DNA of 63,403 bases, taken from IMG/VR virus record IMGVR_UViG_3300037882_001548, positions 1 through 63,403 of that record. The stretch is one strand, 5' to 3'. The notes under the pieces are model-generated. The model saw nothing but the letters and a program-made list of their open reading frames with translations. It did not search any database and was not told the DNA's origin. A program made the position numbers and the translations under genes. How positions within the stretch are numbered: position 1 is the stretch's first letter; each line of letters opens with the position of its first letter. Origin of the DNA: a virus (lineage: Duplodnaviria > Caudoviricetes). Below are positions 22,082-33,453 of the stretch, one piece after another.

Positions 22082-22713
22082 TGGATATTAATTACACAAA
22101 AAAAGTAATATCATCAGCCAAAGCATTATGTCGATTAAAACCTAAATCATTAGACAAGCAATTTAAAGCTGACGAATTTCATACCAAAGGATTAGAGGAT
22201 ATTTTTGCAACAGCATTATCTTATGTAGGTCAACAAGAAATACCAGGTAATCAAGGATTTAAGAATCCTAAGTTTGAAGACGAAATGACAAATGTAGGTT
22301 GGTTAAAAGGAGAAGCATGGTGTGCTACATTTGCTAAGTTGGTATTTAAAAAAGCTTATGCTGATAAACCTACAACACAATTAGAACTTGAAAGATTGTT
22401 TTCTAAATCAGCTACTCAAACATATTCTAATTTTGATAAGTCAGATTGGAAAACACAAAATCCAGATGGCACACCTATTAAAAAACCAGTTAAAGGTGCG
22501 TTAGCTGTATGGCGACACGGAGATTCTTGGGCAGGTCATATCGGTATTGTTATTGAAGTTAATTTAAAACAAGGTTATTTTAAAACAATAGAGGGTAATA
22601 CAAATGCGTTTGGTTCAAGAGAAGGTATTCAAGTGGCTGTTAAAGAACGAAAGATGTCACAGCCTTATTCAGATAAAGGATTAAATTTAATTGGTTTTGT
22701 TTATCCTAAATAA
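22081..22713 (+). CDS. CHAP-domain endolysin
   Basis: AWCATF (catalytic Cys), GHIGIV (His) and TIEGNT. Confidence 0.88.
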   Translation: MDINYTKKVISSAKALCRLKPKSLDKQFKADEFHTKGLEDIFATALSYVGQQEIPGNQGFKNPKFEDEMTNVGWLKGEAWCATFAKLVFKKAYADKPTTQLELERLFSKSATQTYSNFDKSDWKTQNPDGTPIKKPVKGALAVWRHGDSWAGHIGIVIEVNLKQGYFKTIEGNTNAFGSREGIQVAVKERKMSQPYSDKGLNLIGFVYPK

Positions 22714-22745
22714 AATTTAGTTTAGTTTTAGTTCAATTAGTAGAT

Positions 22746-22790
22746 AGGGTTGTCGTGGTGTATATCTCACGCAACCCTTTTCTATTTTAT
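22746..22790 (+). terminator. intrinsic terminator after the endolysin
   Basis: AGGGTTG-T-CGTG ... CACG-CAACCCT followed by TTTCTATTTTAT. Confidence 0.75.
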
Positions 22791-22839
22791 TAAATGTGTA
22801 AATTAATAATAGAATATATTAAACAAAAAATTAATTAAA

Positions 22840-23526
22840 ATGACTAATCTTAGAAAACATACGGATGCACTTAAAATAATCATAGGTCGGTCCAGACCAT
22901 CAGATGATTTTCCTTATTCATCATCTTTTTTATCACATCTTATATACAGTATAGGTAGTAAAGTAATGAAAGATAAAATGGATAAAGAAGGTATGTTATC
23001 AGAATTTAATTATACTTCTTTTTGTATAGACTTAATTGATTCAACATTTGCACAGTGTGCGTGTGTAGAACAAAAAGGATGTACAGTTAAGCGTAGTTCT
23101 ATTAAATTACCCAATGTATTATCACCACAATCATCAAGTGTTAAAGTGTTAAATTTTAATGGCGAGACAATAGATTCCATTAATCCTGATTTATATAAAT
23201 ATTCTAAATACAGTGAAGATAAATATACAGGTTGATTAATACATGATGATTATTTATTTATCATTGGTGATACTGATATAGAACATGTTATATTTAAAGC
23301 TATCATAACTGACTTAACAGCTCTTGAATCACTCAATACATGTAATAATGAGGGTAATAATAAAGGTATCTGTATGATGCTTGAAAACGGCTTTAAAATA
23401 GACGATGATTTAATTGAAGAAGTATACAAAAGAGTTTTACGCTTATTGGGTTATAATTTCAATACTAATTTTGCGAAAGATACCAAATCAGATAATTATG
23501 ATAACACGACCCATTCCAATATATAA
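22840..23526 (+). CDS. tail ring protein (228 aa, code 4)
   Basis: SDD motif near the N-terminus and C-x-C...C...RS...LP pattern as in crAss-like ring proteins. TGA at 23233 read through to TAA at 23524-23526. Confidence 0.65.
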
Positions 23527-24118
23527 ACCAATTTATAAAAGTTTAAAACATCGTTTTTTTAAAACATTACCTTTTAGATTTGACTTTCATAATTCTAATA
23601 CATGAAGTATGATATGAAGTTACAGTGATATTTGAACATTATACGCATTGGATAAAATGTACACTAAGCAAGAAATTAAATTTGATAAAAAAGAATTTGA
23701 TGGATTTACATCATACTTTCACAATTATATATTAGCCAAATCAGTTGAAACAGGAAGAGTTTATCAAATGCCTTATGATGCAGGTTACATAGCTACACTA
23801 ACTTACGCATCAGTAGATACAAAGAACTTTAATTTCTTAGATTTAATGGATACTGAAAAAGCGACAGAGTATAAAAAATTACTAATGCTTTCTAATAGAG
23901 TACCTCGTATAAGTTATTTAAGAGTTAAAAATATAGCTAAAGAATACAATTTAGATAAATCAGATTATTTTAGTATGGATTATCTTAAAACAGAGAACAT
24001 GAAAACATTTAGAAGAACTGTAGACATAGATAATTTCAATGTATTTCAAACATACTTACAAAAAAAACATTTACCTAAACTGGTGTATGTACCTAAATCA
24101 ATTAAAACAAAAGCTTAA
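23498..24118 (+). CDS. hypothetical protein, possibly the IHF/HU-like protein of the crAss tail module (206 aa, code 4)
   Basis: Three TGA within 11 codons (23603, 23615, 23633), in frame with ORF 23648-24118. G..YQMPYDAGYI segment and position between ring and tube genes. Start uncertain (23498 or 23609). Confidence 0.45.
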
Positions 24119-24927
24119 TGAAAACAAATTATGTACCCATACAGTCAGTGCTTTTAGATTTATCTTTAATGGTTGATTCATCTCAATGAAATGAATATGC
24201 TGTAAAAAATTGAATACTTAAAGCACTACGTAAAACAAACACCAATGCTGTATTAGAACAAGTTCAGTGCATCATGAGTATAGAACAACATAAGGGAGAA
24301 CTACCAAAAGATTACAAATACATCAATCAATTATTCTATATAAACCCTTTTAAAATAGGTTTAACTAAAACAGTAGAAGAACAAATTAAACGTTGCTTAA
24401 ACAGTCAAAAAATACCGTCTACGCTGCTTGCTAATATTAAAAAGAAAAATGCATTAGAACCGATGCGATTAAGTATTAGTAATAGTTTCGGTTATGATAA
24501 TGTAAATTGCTGTGAATATGATTATAAGATAAATACAGATGGTGTATTAGATACAACACTTAAAGATGGTTACGTATTAATTTCTTATTTACGTTATCCT
24601 AAATCTAATGTAGGTGATGTATTAATTCCAGACAATGAAGATTTAAAAGAAGCACTGTATCATTACTGTATGTATAAACTATTGGAATCTAAAATAGGTT
24701 TAATTGGCAGCACAGATTATAATAAAATTAGATTTATGCGTGAAGAACGTAATTTTCATTTATCTCAATTTCAAGTATTGAAAACAAAAGCAGCCGGCGA
24801 TTTAAATATGCCTGATGAACAAGAATATGAAAACATTATGCAAAATCAAAATAGATTAATACCTATTCAAAATATGAGTAGTTCAGGTTTTTCAAGATAT
24901 GGTCGACATATTCAAAGTAACATATAA
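24118..24927 (+). CDS. tail tubular/ring protein (269 aa, code 4)
   Basis: TAATG overlap at 24116-24120 and two TGA (SQWNEY, KNWILKAL). Motifs GELPKD and LIPD...KEALYHY; directly upstream of the muzzle gene. Confidence 0.7.
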
Positions 24928-24943
24928 ATTCAACTAAATAAAT

Positions 24944-27900
24944 ATGAACAATTCAGAAAAAATATTAGGCAATAATGTATTTCAAAAAGGTATGAATACG
25001 GATAGCTCAATTGCGTTTAGTGATGATAGTGCTTATTATTATGCGCTTAACAGTGTACTTGAAACAAGTGAGGGTGATCAAGGTGCTATAAGCAACGAAA
25101 TAGGTAATTTGATATGCTGTGACTTAAAAAAAGATTATAAAATCATAGGTCATAAACTGATGACAGACGATACATTCTGTTTATTTTCTACAAATAATAT
25201 AAGTTCTGAAATAGGTATATTTGATAGTAAATTATGTAAGTATACTGTTGTTATAAATGATGTATGTTTAGACTTTAATAATTGTTTTCCTATATCCGCT
25301 TTATTTAGAATTAAAAATGGTTGTGATAGAATTATATATTTCACAGACAATAGAAACGTATATCGCTCAATTAATTTAGATGATATCAAATCTTATTATG
25401 ATGGATCTAATTTAATATGCTCTCGATTAAATTTTTCACCCGATGTTAAATGCGGTAATATTGAAGTATCTGAAATAAAAGAATCAGGTGGTGAATTATT
25501 ATTAGGCAGTTATCAATTTTTTATAAGATATTTAGATGCTGATTTAAACAGTACTAATTGATTATACAGCACACAACCTGTATCTATTATAAAAGATTCA
25601 TCAGACTTATTATACAGTGAAATAAGCGGAGGTAAAAATTTAATTGATAGTACAAACCAAATCGGTGTATATACGCCTACAAGTAAAGCAATTACTCTTA
25701 AAGTCAATAATTTAGATACATCTTTTGTATATTATCAATATGCTATCATAGAAAAAACACAAGGTATTAATACAATATCAAATGTAAAACTATCTAACTA
25801 TATTCCTATAACACAATCTACTTATACGTACACAGGTACAAATACAACAGGTAATATAAGCATAGATGATATAATTATAGACAGTTCAGTAATTGAAAAA
25901 GTTAAAACACATGTTCAATCAGACAATAGGCTTTTTTTAGGTAATCTAAGAGATTTAAAGACATATGATTGAATTAAAGTACAACAAGCAGCATTGGATA
26001 TTAAAGTGTCTTGAAAGTCAAATAAAGTAGCTAAAGAAGCTAAAACAAAAGGCGACCCTAAGATGAGTATTACTTATGATAACAAATCATACATGCGAGA
26101 TGAAATATACGCATTTGCTATACGAGGTCGTTTTGCAAATACAAAGACAACACCTTGTTTTCATATTCCAGGTAGACCTTCTATTCAATCATCAAACTCT
26201 AATTATAACAATTGAGTTAATTTAGGTAATTTAAATAACATATATAATTTAACTAATACTGTTACAGCAACTAATGCTTTAGATTATCAAGTAGCTGGAT
26301 TAAGAGAAGTTGTATTATCAGTGTCACAAAATGATTGAGATAAAGTTATCATAAATAGTACAACAAATAGAACTATACCAAATCAATTTAATTTATCTAC
26401 TTATATAGATAATATAAAAGCGTTATCAATAAATACAAGTGAACCAAGATGGAAAATATTTAATACGGGTATTGTTACGGATGTAGATAATACAAATGGT
26501 ATTTATAAAGGTCAGTTGGCTTATTATGAATCATCTGAATTATATCCAGATGTACAAGACTGTGATGGTCAAAAATTATATGGTGCGCTTACAGGAACGC
26601 CTATCAGACATCATAAAATAATTGATGGTAATAGTTTTCCGCATATGACAAGAGATTATGATAAAGGTCATATATTACCTATATCATTAGAATTTAATAT
26701 ACAGTCATTCATAACAAACCTAACAACCACATATCCTGATTTAGTATCTGATATTATATGTTGGGAAATAGTACAAGCAGAAAGAACTGAGGATAATAAA
26801 ACTATTTTAGATAAAGGCATAACTACATTTAGAGAAGCTTCTCAATATTATTATGGCTCTACTTTAGATAAAAGAAGTTTTATACAAAGTAGCAATGAAA
26901 CAATTCATGGTGCTAATAATTCAACACTACTTAATACAGATACTGTTAGATTTTATTCACCTAAAACACTTTTAAAAAAGAACCTTAATCCAAGTTATTA
27001 TAAAGTAGAAAACGCATCACTTTTTCAAAATTGAATGCCTATGGATTGGGATTTTGATTATGTTAATACACCATCTTTAACAGATAGAGTTGGTTTTTAT
27101 AAGTATGCACAATCGACTAAAGAACCTTATGATAATATATCGCATTTATGGTCAGATTATTTAGATGGCATACCCATAGCCAAAGACCCTAATGCAACAA
27201 ATAACCGTATTGTATTTCCTTCTAATATCAAAATAGATGCTACAACATATATAGACAGTGTAAGTAAATATGAACCATATGCTTTTACACAAGCCAGCTT
27301 AGGAGATTTAACAAGTGGTCAAGTACGTAATTATAATTATTCACCACACTGTTTTCAAATCAAAGGTAGGTTCAGAGATTTGTTTGGTATCAACGGTACA
27401 AATACACAAATAGACAAACCGATGATTACGTACGGTGCATTGAAGAAAAACATAGAACCGTATAATGAATTAACAAGTATTACATATTTTGATGTAGCGC
27501 AAACTAAAACAGGCAATACAATTGAAGTACGTGGAGGTGATACTTTTATTACACCAATGGTTGTTGAATTAGCTAATAGAGGTGCTGGATGAAAAGGTGC
27601 TCCTGGAGAATGAAATCAAAACTTTCCAGCTAATACTGATGAAAATTATAGAAATCATCATCAATTTATATTCACGTATGTAGAAAGTGATATTAATTTT
27701 GGATTAAGAAGTAATTCTAATAAGAATCCGTTGTTTGATGATGAAACGAAAGACTTTGATGACTATACTGATGGTAGATATTTTTCACATTTATGACCGT
27801 ATTTAAAAACAATCAATGATACGCATCCAGTAGGTAATGTAAATTATACTAATATTATAGTACCTGCTATGACTAAGTATTTTTTATTTCAAAAGAAGAT

Positions 27901-29461
27901 TAGTCTTATAGATAATCAACAGCAGTTAATCAATCAGTTTATAGATTATAATCAAGATTATTCTAATCATGGTTATAGTAAACCTTATTATAGCTTACCA
28001 TTTAATTTTGATTATTGTAAAGATTGTCAAAATACTTATCCTAATAGAATAGTATACTCAGAAAAGAGTTTTCAAGAACTGCGTAAAGATAGTTATAAAA
28101 ATATTAAACCTAATAATTACGCAGACTTAAATGCTGCATTAGGTGAATTAAATCATTTGTTTTTAGACAAAGATAAATTGTATGCCTTGACAGATAAATC
28201 ATTGGTATTTATACCTATTAAAGCACAAACAATTAAGACAAATGATGCGTTGGTATATTTAGGTACAGGCGATATCACATCTATACCACAACAAGCTATA
28301 ACAACAACAGAGTTTTCTTATAGCGGTACCAAAGATTATTTAACAGTTCAGAATACAGAGTTTGGTACAATATATTATAATAAAGATAATAGAACTTTAT
28401 TTATGTTGTCCGATGGACTTAAAGAATTAACGATGAAAGGTATGCGTAGATTCTTTAAAAAACATGGTGGATTAAATATCAATAAAGATATGATTGATAT
28501 TTACATGAGAGAATATCCTTTTAGCGATAAATATTATTACCAAGATGGTATAGGTTTTACATCGGGTTATGACCCGTTGAATAAAAGATATTTGTTAACT
28601 AAAATAGATTATAGATTAACTAATTTGGCTAAAACTAAAATAGCTGATGGTTTATTAGAATTTGATTTTGTTACTAAAAAATGAATGTATGTTGACGACA
28701 TTAATAATCCAATATCTATTTCAATTGAAATGCGTTACTGACCAGATTTATTTAAAAATATAAGCTGAACAGTAAGCTATGATTTAATCAGAGATTGTTT
28801 TGCGTCGTTTCATTCTTACATACCTGAATATTATTTAACCAACAATAATACTTTTTTTACTTCTAAGAGTATATCAGCAAACAAAGGTGATACAAGTATA
28901 TGGAGACATAATGTAGGCTTATATCAAACATATTATGGTAATAAATTTAAACACGTATTATGGTTTAATATGAATGAGTCTGGTTTTCAAGTTAAAGTAT
29001 TTGAAAGTATTCGATTATTTACTAAAACATGATTGCCTGTAAATAATACATTTAATAGAATAGAGAATAAAACGTTTAATTCTGTTATCGCATTTAATTC
29101 TAAGCAATCAACTGGTCTTCATTTAATTAATGTGGTTAAACCAAATAACGGATTTAATTTACCAACTACACTAAATACCAATATCCAATGTAGTTATATT
29201 GAAAATGCTTTTTATTTTTCTAACTTACGAGATTATGCGACCAAAGCAGGCAATGATGATAATCCAGTAAATCTATTATGAGATGATGATTATTTCTTTG
29301 GTGAAGAAAATTTATTGAATACCAACTTTAATAAATCACCATTTGAATTAGAACGTATGCGAGACCAATATTTATCGGTCAGATTAGAATCACTGCATTC
29401 AGAAAATTATAAACATTCAACAGATTTAATATCTACTAAAAATAACATATCTTTTAGATAA
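24944..29461 (+). CDS. tail stabilization / muzzle protein (1505 aa, code 4)
   Basis: All fragments share one frame with at least 10 TGA. crAss-type motifs FQKGMNTD, IYFTD, DNRLFLGN, YMRDEIYAF, IRHHK, GGDTFI, NRIVYS and SFHSYIP. TAA at 29459-29461. Confidence 0.85.
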
Positions 29462-29462
29462 C

Positions 29463-31469
29463 ATGAAAAAGAACACAAAAAAAACAATAAATAAAAATAT
29501 GTATGCTACTGGTGGACCATTAGATATGTTGAATAGCATAGCACCATTGACATCAGCTATTCCAGGTGTAGGTACAGCACTTAACGCATTTACATCAGGT
29601 ATTGGTGTAGTTAATTCAATTGCTGACTTGATTACACCACAAGCTAAGCAACCGACAAGTTATAAAAATACAGATGCGTTTGGATATGCTATGGGTGGAT
29701 TAATTGACCCACCCAATAAAGATAAAAATAAATCTTTACCATTTGCAGATGAGTTACTTAAACGAAGCTTAACAACAACTAATTTAACACGTAATGTAGC
29801 AGCAAAAGTAGGTGGTAAATTAATTACACCTGCCGTTACGGTAAATGAAGCTATTAAAGGTAATTATTTAAAATCTATGTTTAGTGCTGTTCCTTTTCTT
29901 ACAGACGGCTTAGACGCAGCTGTTCCTGGATGAGATTCTAAAGAAGCTAATGAACATATTGGTAAAAGTTTTAGTTCTTTTCCTGAACTAATGAAAACAG
30001 CATACAACGAAACTAAAAAAACTTTTGGATATGAAACAGGTGGTCAAATGAAGCAATTAAATTCTGGTGCTATGCAAGTTACAGGCGCACCAAATGAAAT
30101 AGATGGTAATCAAATTAACTATAAAGGGCAAGATATAAAATTAGATTATAATGAAGTCTTGGATACTGACAAAGATAGGGTTATATCGGATAAATACTTT
30201 AATCCGTACACAGGTAAAAAAATAAGTGAAGAAGTAAAAAGCGTAGAAAAAAAGATAGGCTTTTTAGAAAAAAATCGTACGAATGATGTCATTAGTAATC
30301 GTACTAAAGAGATGATGAATAAACAAGTAGATGGTCTATACAGCATACAAGAAATGGTAGCTAACGCAAGTGGTGACAGACAGCAATCACAACAACCCAT
30401 GCAACAACCAGAAGGCTATGCTTATGGTGGTGGCATACCTGATTTAAATATGATGGCTAATGCACTTAAAAAAGTACCTAAAGAAATAGGTGTACCGAAT
30501 GGTGACCCATATAATATGTTTAATATGGTGAATTCAAATGCTAAAATTTCACCTCAATTACCTTTAAGTTATTCTGCTCAAAACGTAAATAAAAGTAGAG
30601 CATACAGCTCTATTCCAAATACATATAATACCAACCCTGTTAATCCCAACGGTGAAACATTTGACTCTACTAATAATTTAGTTAATATGTTACCACAGCG
30701 TAATTTTAAAGTAGGTCAGGATACATTTAATATGAATACATCACCACAACAAGTTACAAGTCAAACACCTTCTCAATATACGGAAATTCCTAACTTAAAA
30801 GAAAATATACCATTTGTACCACCAAAAGTTAAAAAGCCAGGATTCTTATCAGATGGTGATAAAATATCAATGTATGGCGGCATAGCATCTATGATACCAA
30901 AAGCTATTGAAGCATTTGATAAAGTACAAGTAGAACCTTATCGCTTACAGAATACACCTATCACACAGCAACAACTTGACCCTACACAAGCATTATATAA
31001 TTCTAATAAGGAATATAGAGATATGCTTTATAATGTAAATGAAAACAGTGGTACAGTAGCTGGTGCTAACGCTATGCGACAAGCTGCGTTCTCATCTAAG
31101 TTAGGTGCTGACAATAATATTATCAGTGATTACAGTGAGAAAAATAAGGGTTTAATGACACAGTACGAAGAAAGACTTGCGCAGCGTCAAGGAGCTAATA
31201 ATCAAAGTATGAATCAAACAGATGATTTAAACTCACGCAATCGTGGTGTAGCACAGCAAATGCGTATGGGATTCTATAATGATATTGCAGGCATGGCTAA
31301 ATTCTTAGGTACAGCTAAAAATCAAAGACAGCGTGATGAAATGATGATTCGTTTACGTACTAAGTTATCACCAGAAATATGGGCTAATATGTTAAAGGAT
31401 GATCCTGAATTAGCCAGTCAATTAGGTGGATTAGGTGTAGTAGATAATAAAACTAAAACGACAAAATAA
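29463..31469 (+). CDS. internal virion (ejection/cargo) protein with YxxGG repeats (668 aa, code 4)
   Basis: TGA at 29931 joins two ORFs. Low-complexity Q/N/P-rich; first gene of the cargo block after the muzzle. Confidence 0.65.
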
Positions 31470-33394
31470 TGGGTATTAATAGATACATGAATTATGTTCC
31501 CACTGATTGGAACATAAAACCATATGACTTTCCTGTAGAAGCATTGTATAATACACTGGATAAACTACAAGCTAAGTCAGACCAAAATTATGGTGATTTG
31601 AATGTCATACCTGATATGATTAAAGCAAATGCTTTAGACCCAGATAAAGGTATTGTAACAGAAGTGCAGAAGTCATTTCAAGACCGTATAGATAAACTTA
31701 TTGCATCAGGTAATGGAGATTACTCACAAATGGGTAAAGACGTTGTAGGGCTTAAAAGAGACCTTAAAAACGAAATGACTAAAGGTAGACTTAAAGCAGT
31801 AGAAGGTGAATACAATAGATTCCAAGCCAATAAGGAATCTTTACAAAAACAATATGAAAAAGGTGATATCAGCGCAGATGATTTACAACGAGGATTATCT
31901 TACAGCTTAGGTAATTATAAAGGTATAGGTCAAATAGACCCTGTTACAGGTATATACAATACATATAAAGATTTATATATACCTAAATTTAATGCTGACA
32001 AAACATACGATGATGCTTTAGATAAAGTTAAGCCAGATTCATTAAAAACTGGTCAGTGGTCGCAATCACCAGATGGGAGATGGTTTATGAAGAACACAGT
32101 ATCCAATGAGGTGTTAAGTGAAGATAAATTATTTAATGGTACACTTGGTTATGTAGCGAATAATAAAGAATATAATGATTACGCTCGGTTTCAAGATATG
32201 ATAGGCAATAAAGATTTCAAACAACAAACACTTGGTGCTATTGGTGCTAAAGCTCGGTTAAGGTCTTATACAAAGCAAGAACTTGACCAAGATATGAAAT
32301 ACAATCAAGCATTAGCTGATGATTTAAGTGAAGCTGGACGTAATCGTAGACATGCTGAAAAACAAGCACAAGACCAAATGTTATTTGGACCACAAGTATC
32401 AGGAGTTATGCCAATAGATATAAATAATTTTAATGCCCCTGCTGACCCTATTGATTTTACTAAAGAAATATCAGCTAATAATTTTATGGAAAATAAAAGA
32501 TATCCTTTATTATTTGGTGAAAAAACATTGAGTAATTCACCACTTAGAGCAAGTGCCAATAAAGAAAATTTAATAAGAAATTCTAAAAATCAAACATTAG
32601 ATGAGAATCATCCAGCGTACAAAGACAATCATTTATATCAAGCAGCATTATCTAAAACTAAATCACAATTAGCCAATGATTATAAAAACGTTGTTCAGTC
32701 TAAGAATCCACAAGTTAAAAAAGATTATGATGCTAAATTAGCTAAGCAGTTAACTCATAATTATGAATTACTTAACCGTACACAAAATTTCAATAATAAA
32801 GGTTCTGCTATGAGTGCTGATAAATCAGAAGAAGTCGGTAATCAAGTATGGCAAAATAGACATCATTTAGTTGTTCAAGAAATTGATGAAAATGGTAAAC
32901 CATCAGGTCGTAAGCTGAAATTAAATGGATTAGCTAAGTTTGATGAAGATGGTGCTAAAATGGTTAGAGATGGTAAAATAGGTGGTATAACCAGTACACT
33001 TCCAATTACAACAGGTGTATTCGGTACAGTATTCCAAGTAGGTGGTAAACGTTATATATCAGAACAATTGATTCCTAAAGAATTACATCCTGTCATGGAA
33101 AGAGAAGCACAACTCGGTAGAGATTTATTGATAAATGGCAAAAAGAATTATGTTCAGTTACCATATCTTAATAATGGAACGCCAATGGAAATTACAACTG
33201 AAATACTTGATGATGGTCAAGTAGTTCTTAAATCAAAAGATGTGAATGGCAAATCTTATGCACCTATAACATTTGGTGATTTTACTAAGTTATCACAACA
33301 ATTTCATGAAGATGTCAATCCAATGTTTATGGATAACAGACGCAAAGAAAAAGATATGCAATTCCAAAGAGGTAATCAACCTTACTCAGAATAA
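31469..33394 (+). CDS. internal virion (ejection) protein (641 aa)
   Basis: TAATG-coupled to the previous gene; helical, K/D-rich; sits between the cargo gene and the vRNAP gene. Confidence 0.6.
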   Translation: MGINRYMNYVPTDWNIKPYDFPVEALYNTLDKLQAKSDQNYGDLNVIPDMIKANALDPDKGIVTEVQKSFQDRIDKLIASGNGDYSQMGKDVVGLKRDLKNEMTKGRLKAVEGEYNRFQANKESLQKQYEKGDISADDLQRGLSYSLGNYKGIGQIDPVTGIYNTYKDLYIPKFNADKTYDDALDKVKPDSLKTGQWSQSPDGRWFMKNTVSNEVLSEDKLFNGTLGYVANNKEYNDYARFQDMIGNKDFKQQTLGAIGAKARLRSYTKQELDQDMKYNQALADDLSEAGRNRRHAEKQAQDQMLFGPQVSGVMPIDINNFNAPADPIDFTKEISANNFMENKRYPLLFGEKTLSNSPLRASANKENLIRNSKNQTLDENHPAYKDNHLYQAALSKTKSQLANDYKNVVQSKNPQVKKDYDAKLAKQLTHNYELLNRTQNFNNKGSAMSADKSEEVGNQVWQNRHHLVVQEIDENGKPSGRKLKLNGLAKFDEDGAKMVRDGKIGGITSTLPITTGVFGTVFQVGGKRYISEQLIPKELHPVMEREAQLGRDLLINGKKNYVQLPYLNNGTPMEITTEILDDGQVVLKSKDVNGKSYAPITFGDFTKLSQQFHEDVNPMFMDNRRKEKDMQFQRGNQPYSE

Positions 33395-33453
33395 CTAAAC
33401 TAAATTTATAAATAATATTATATATTATAAACTAATAGATTCAAAAATTACAC

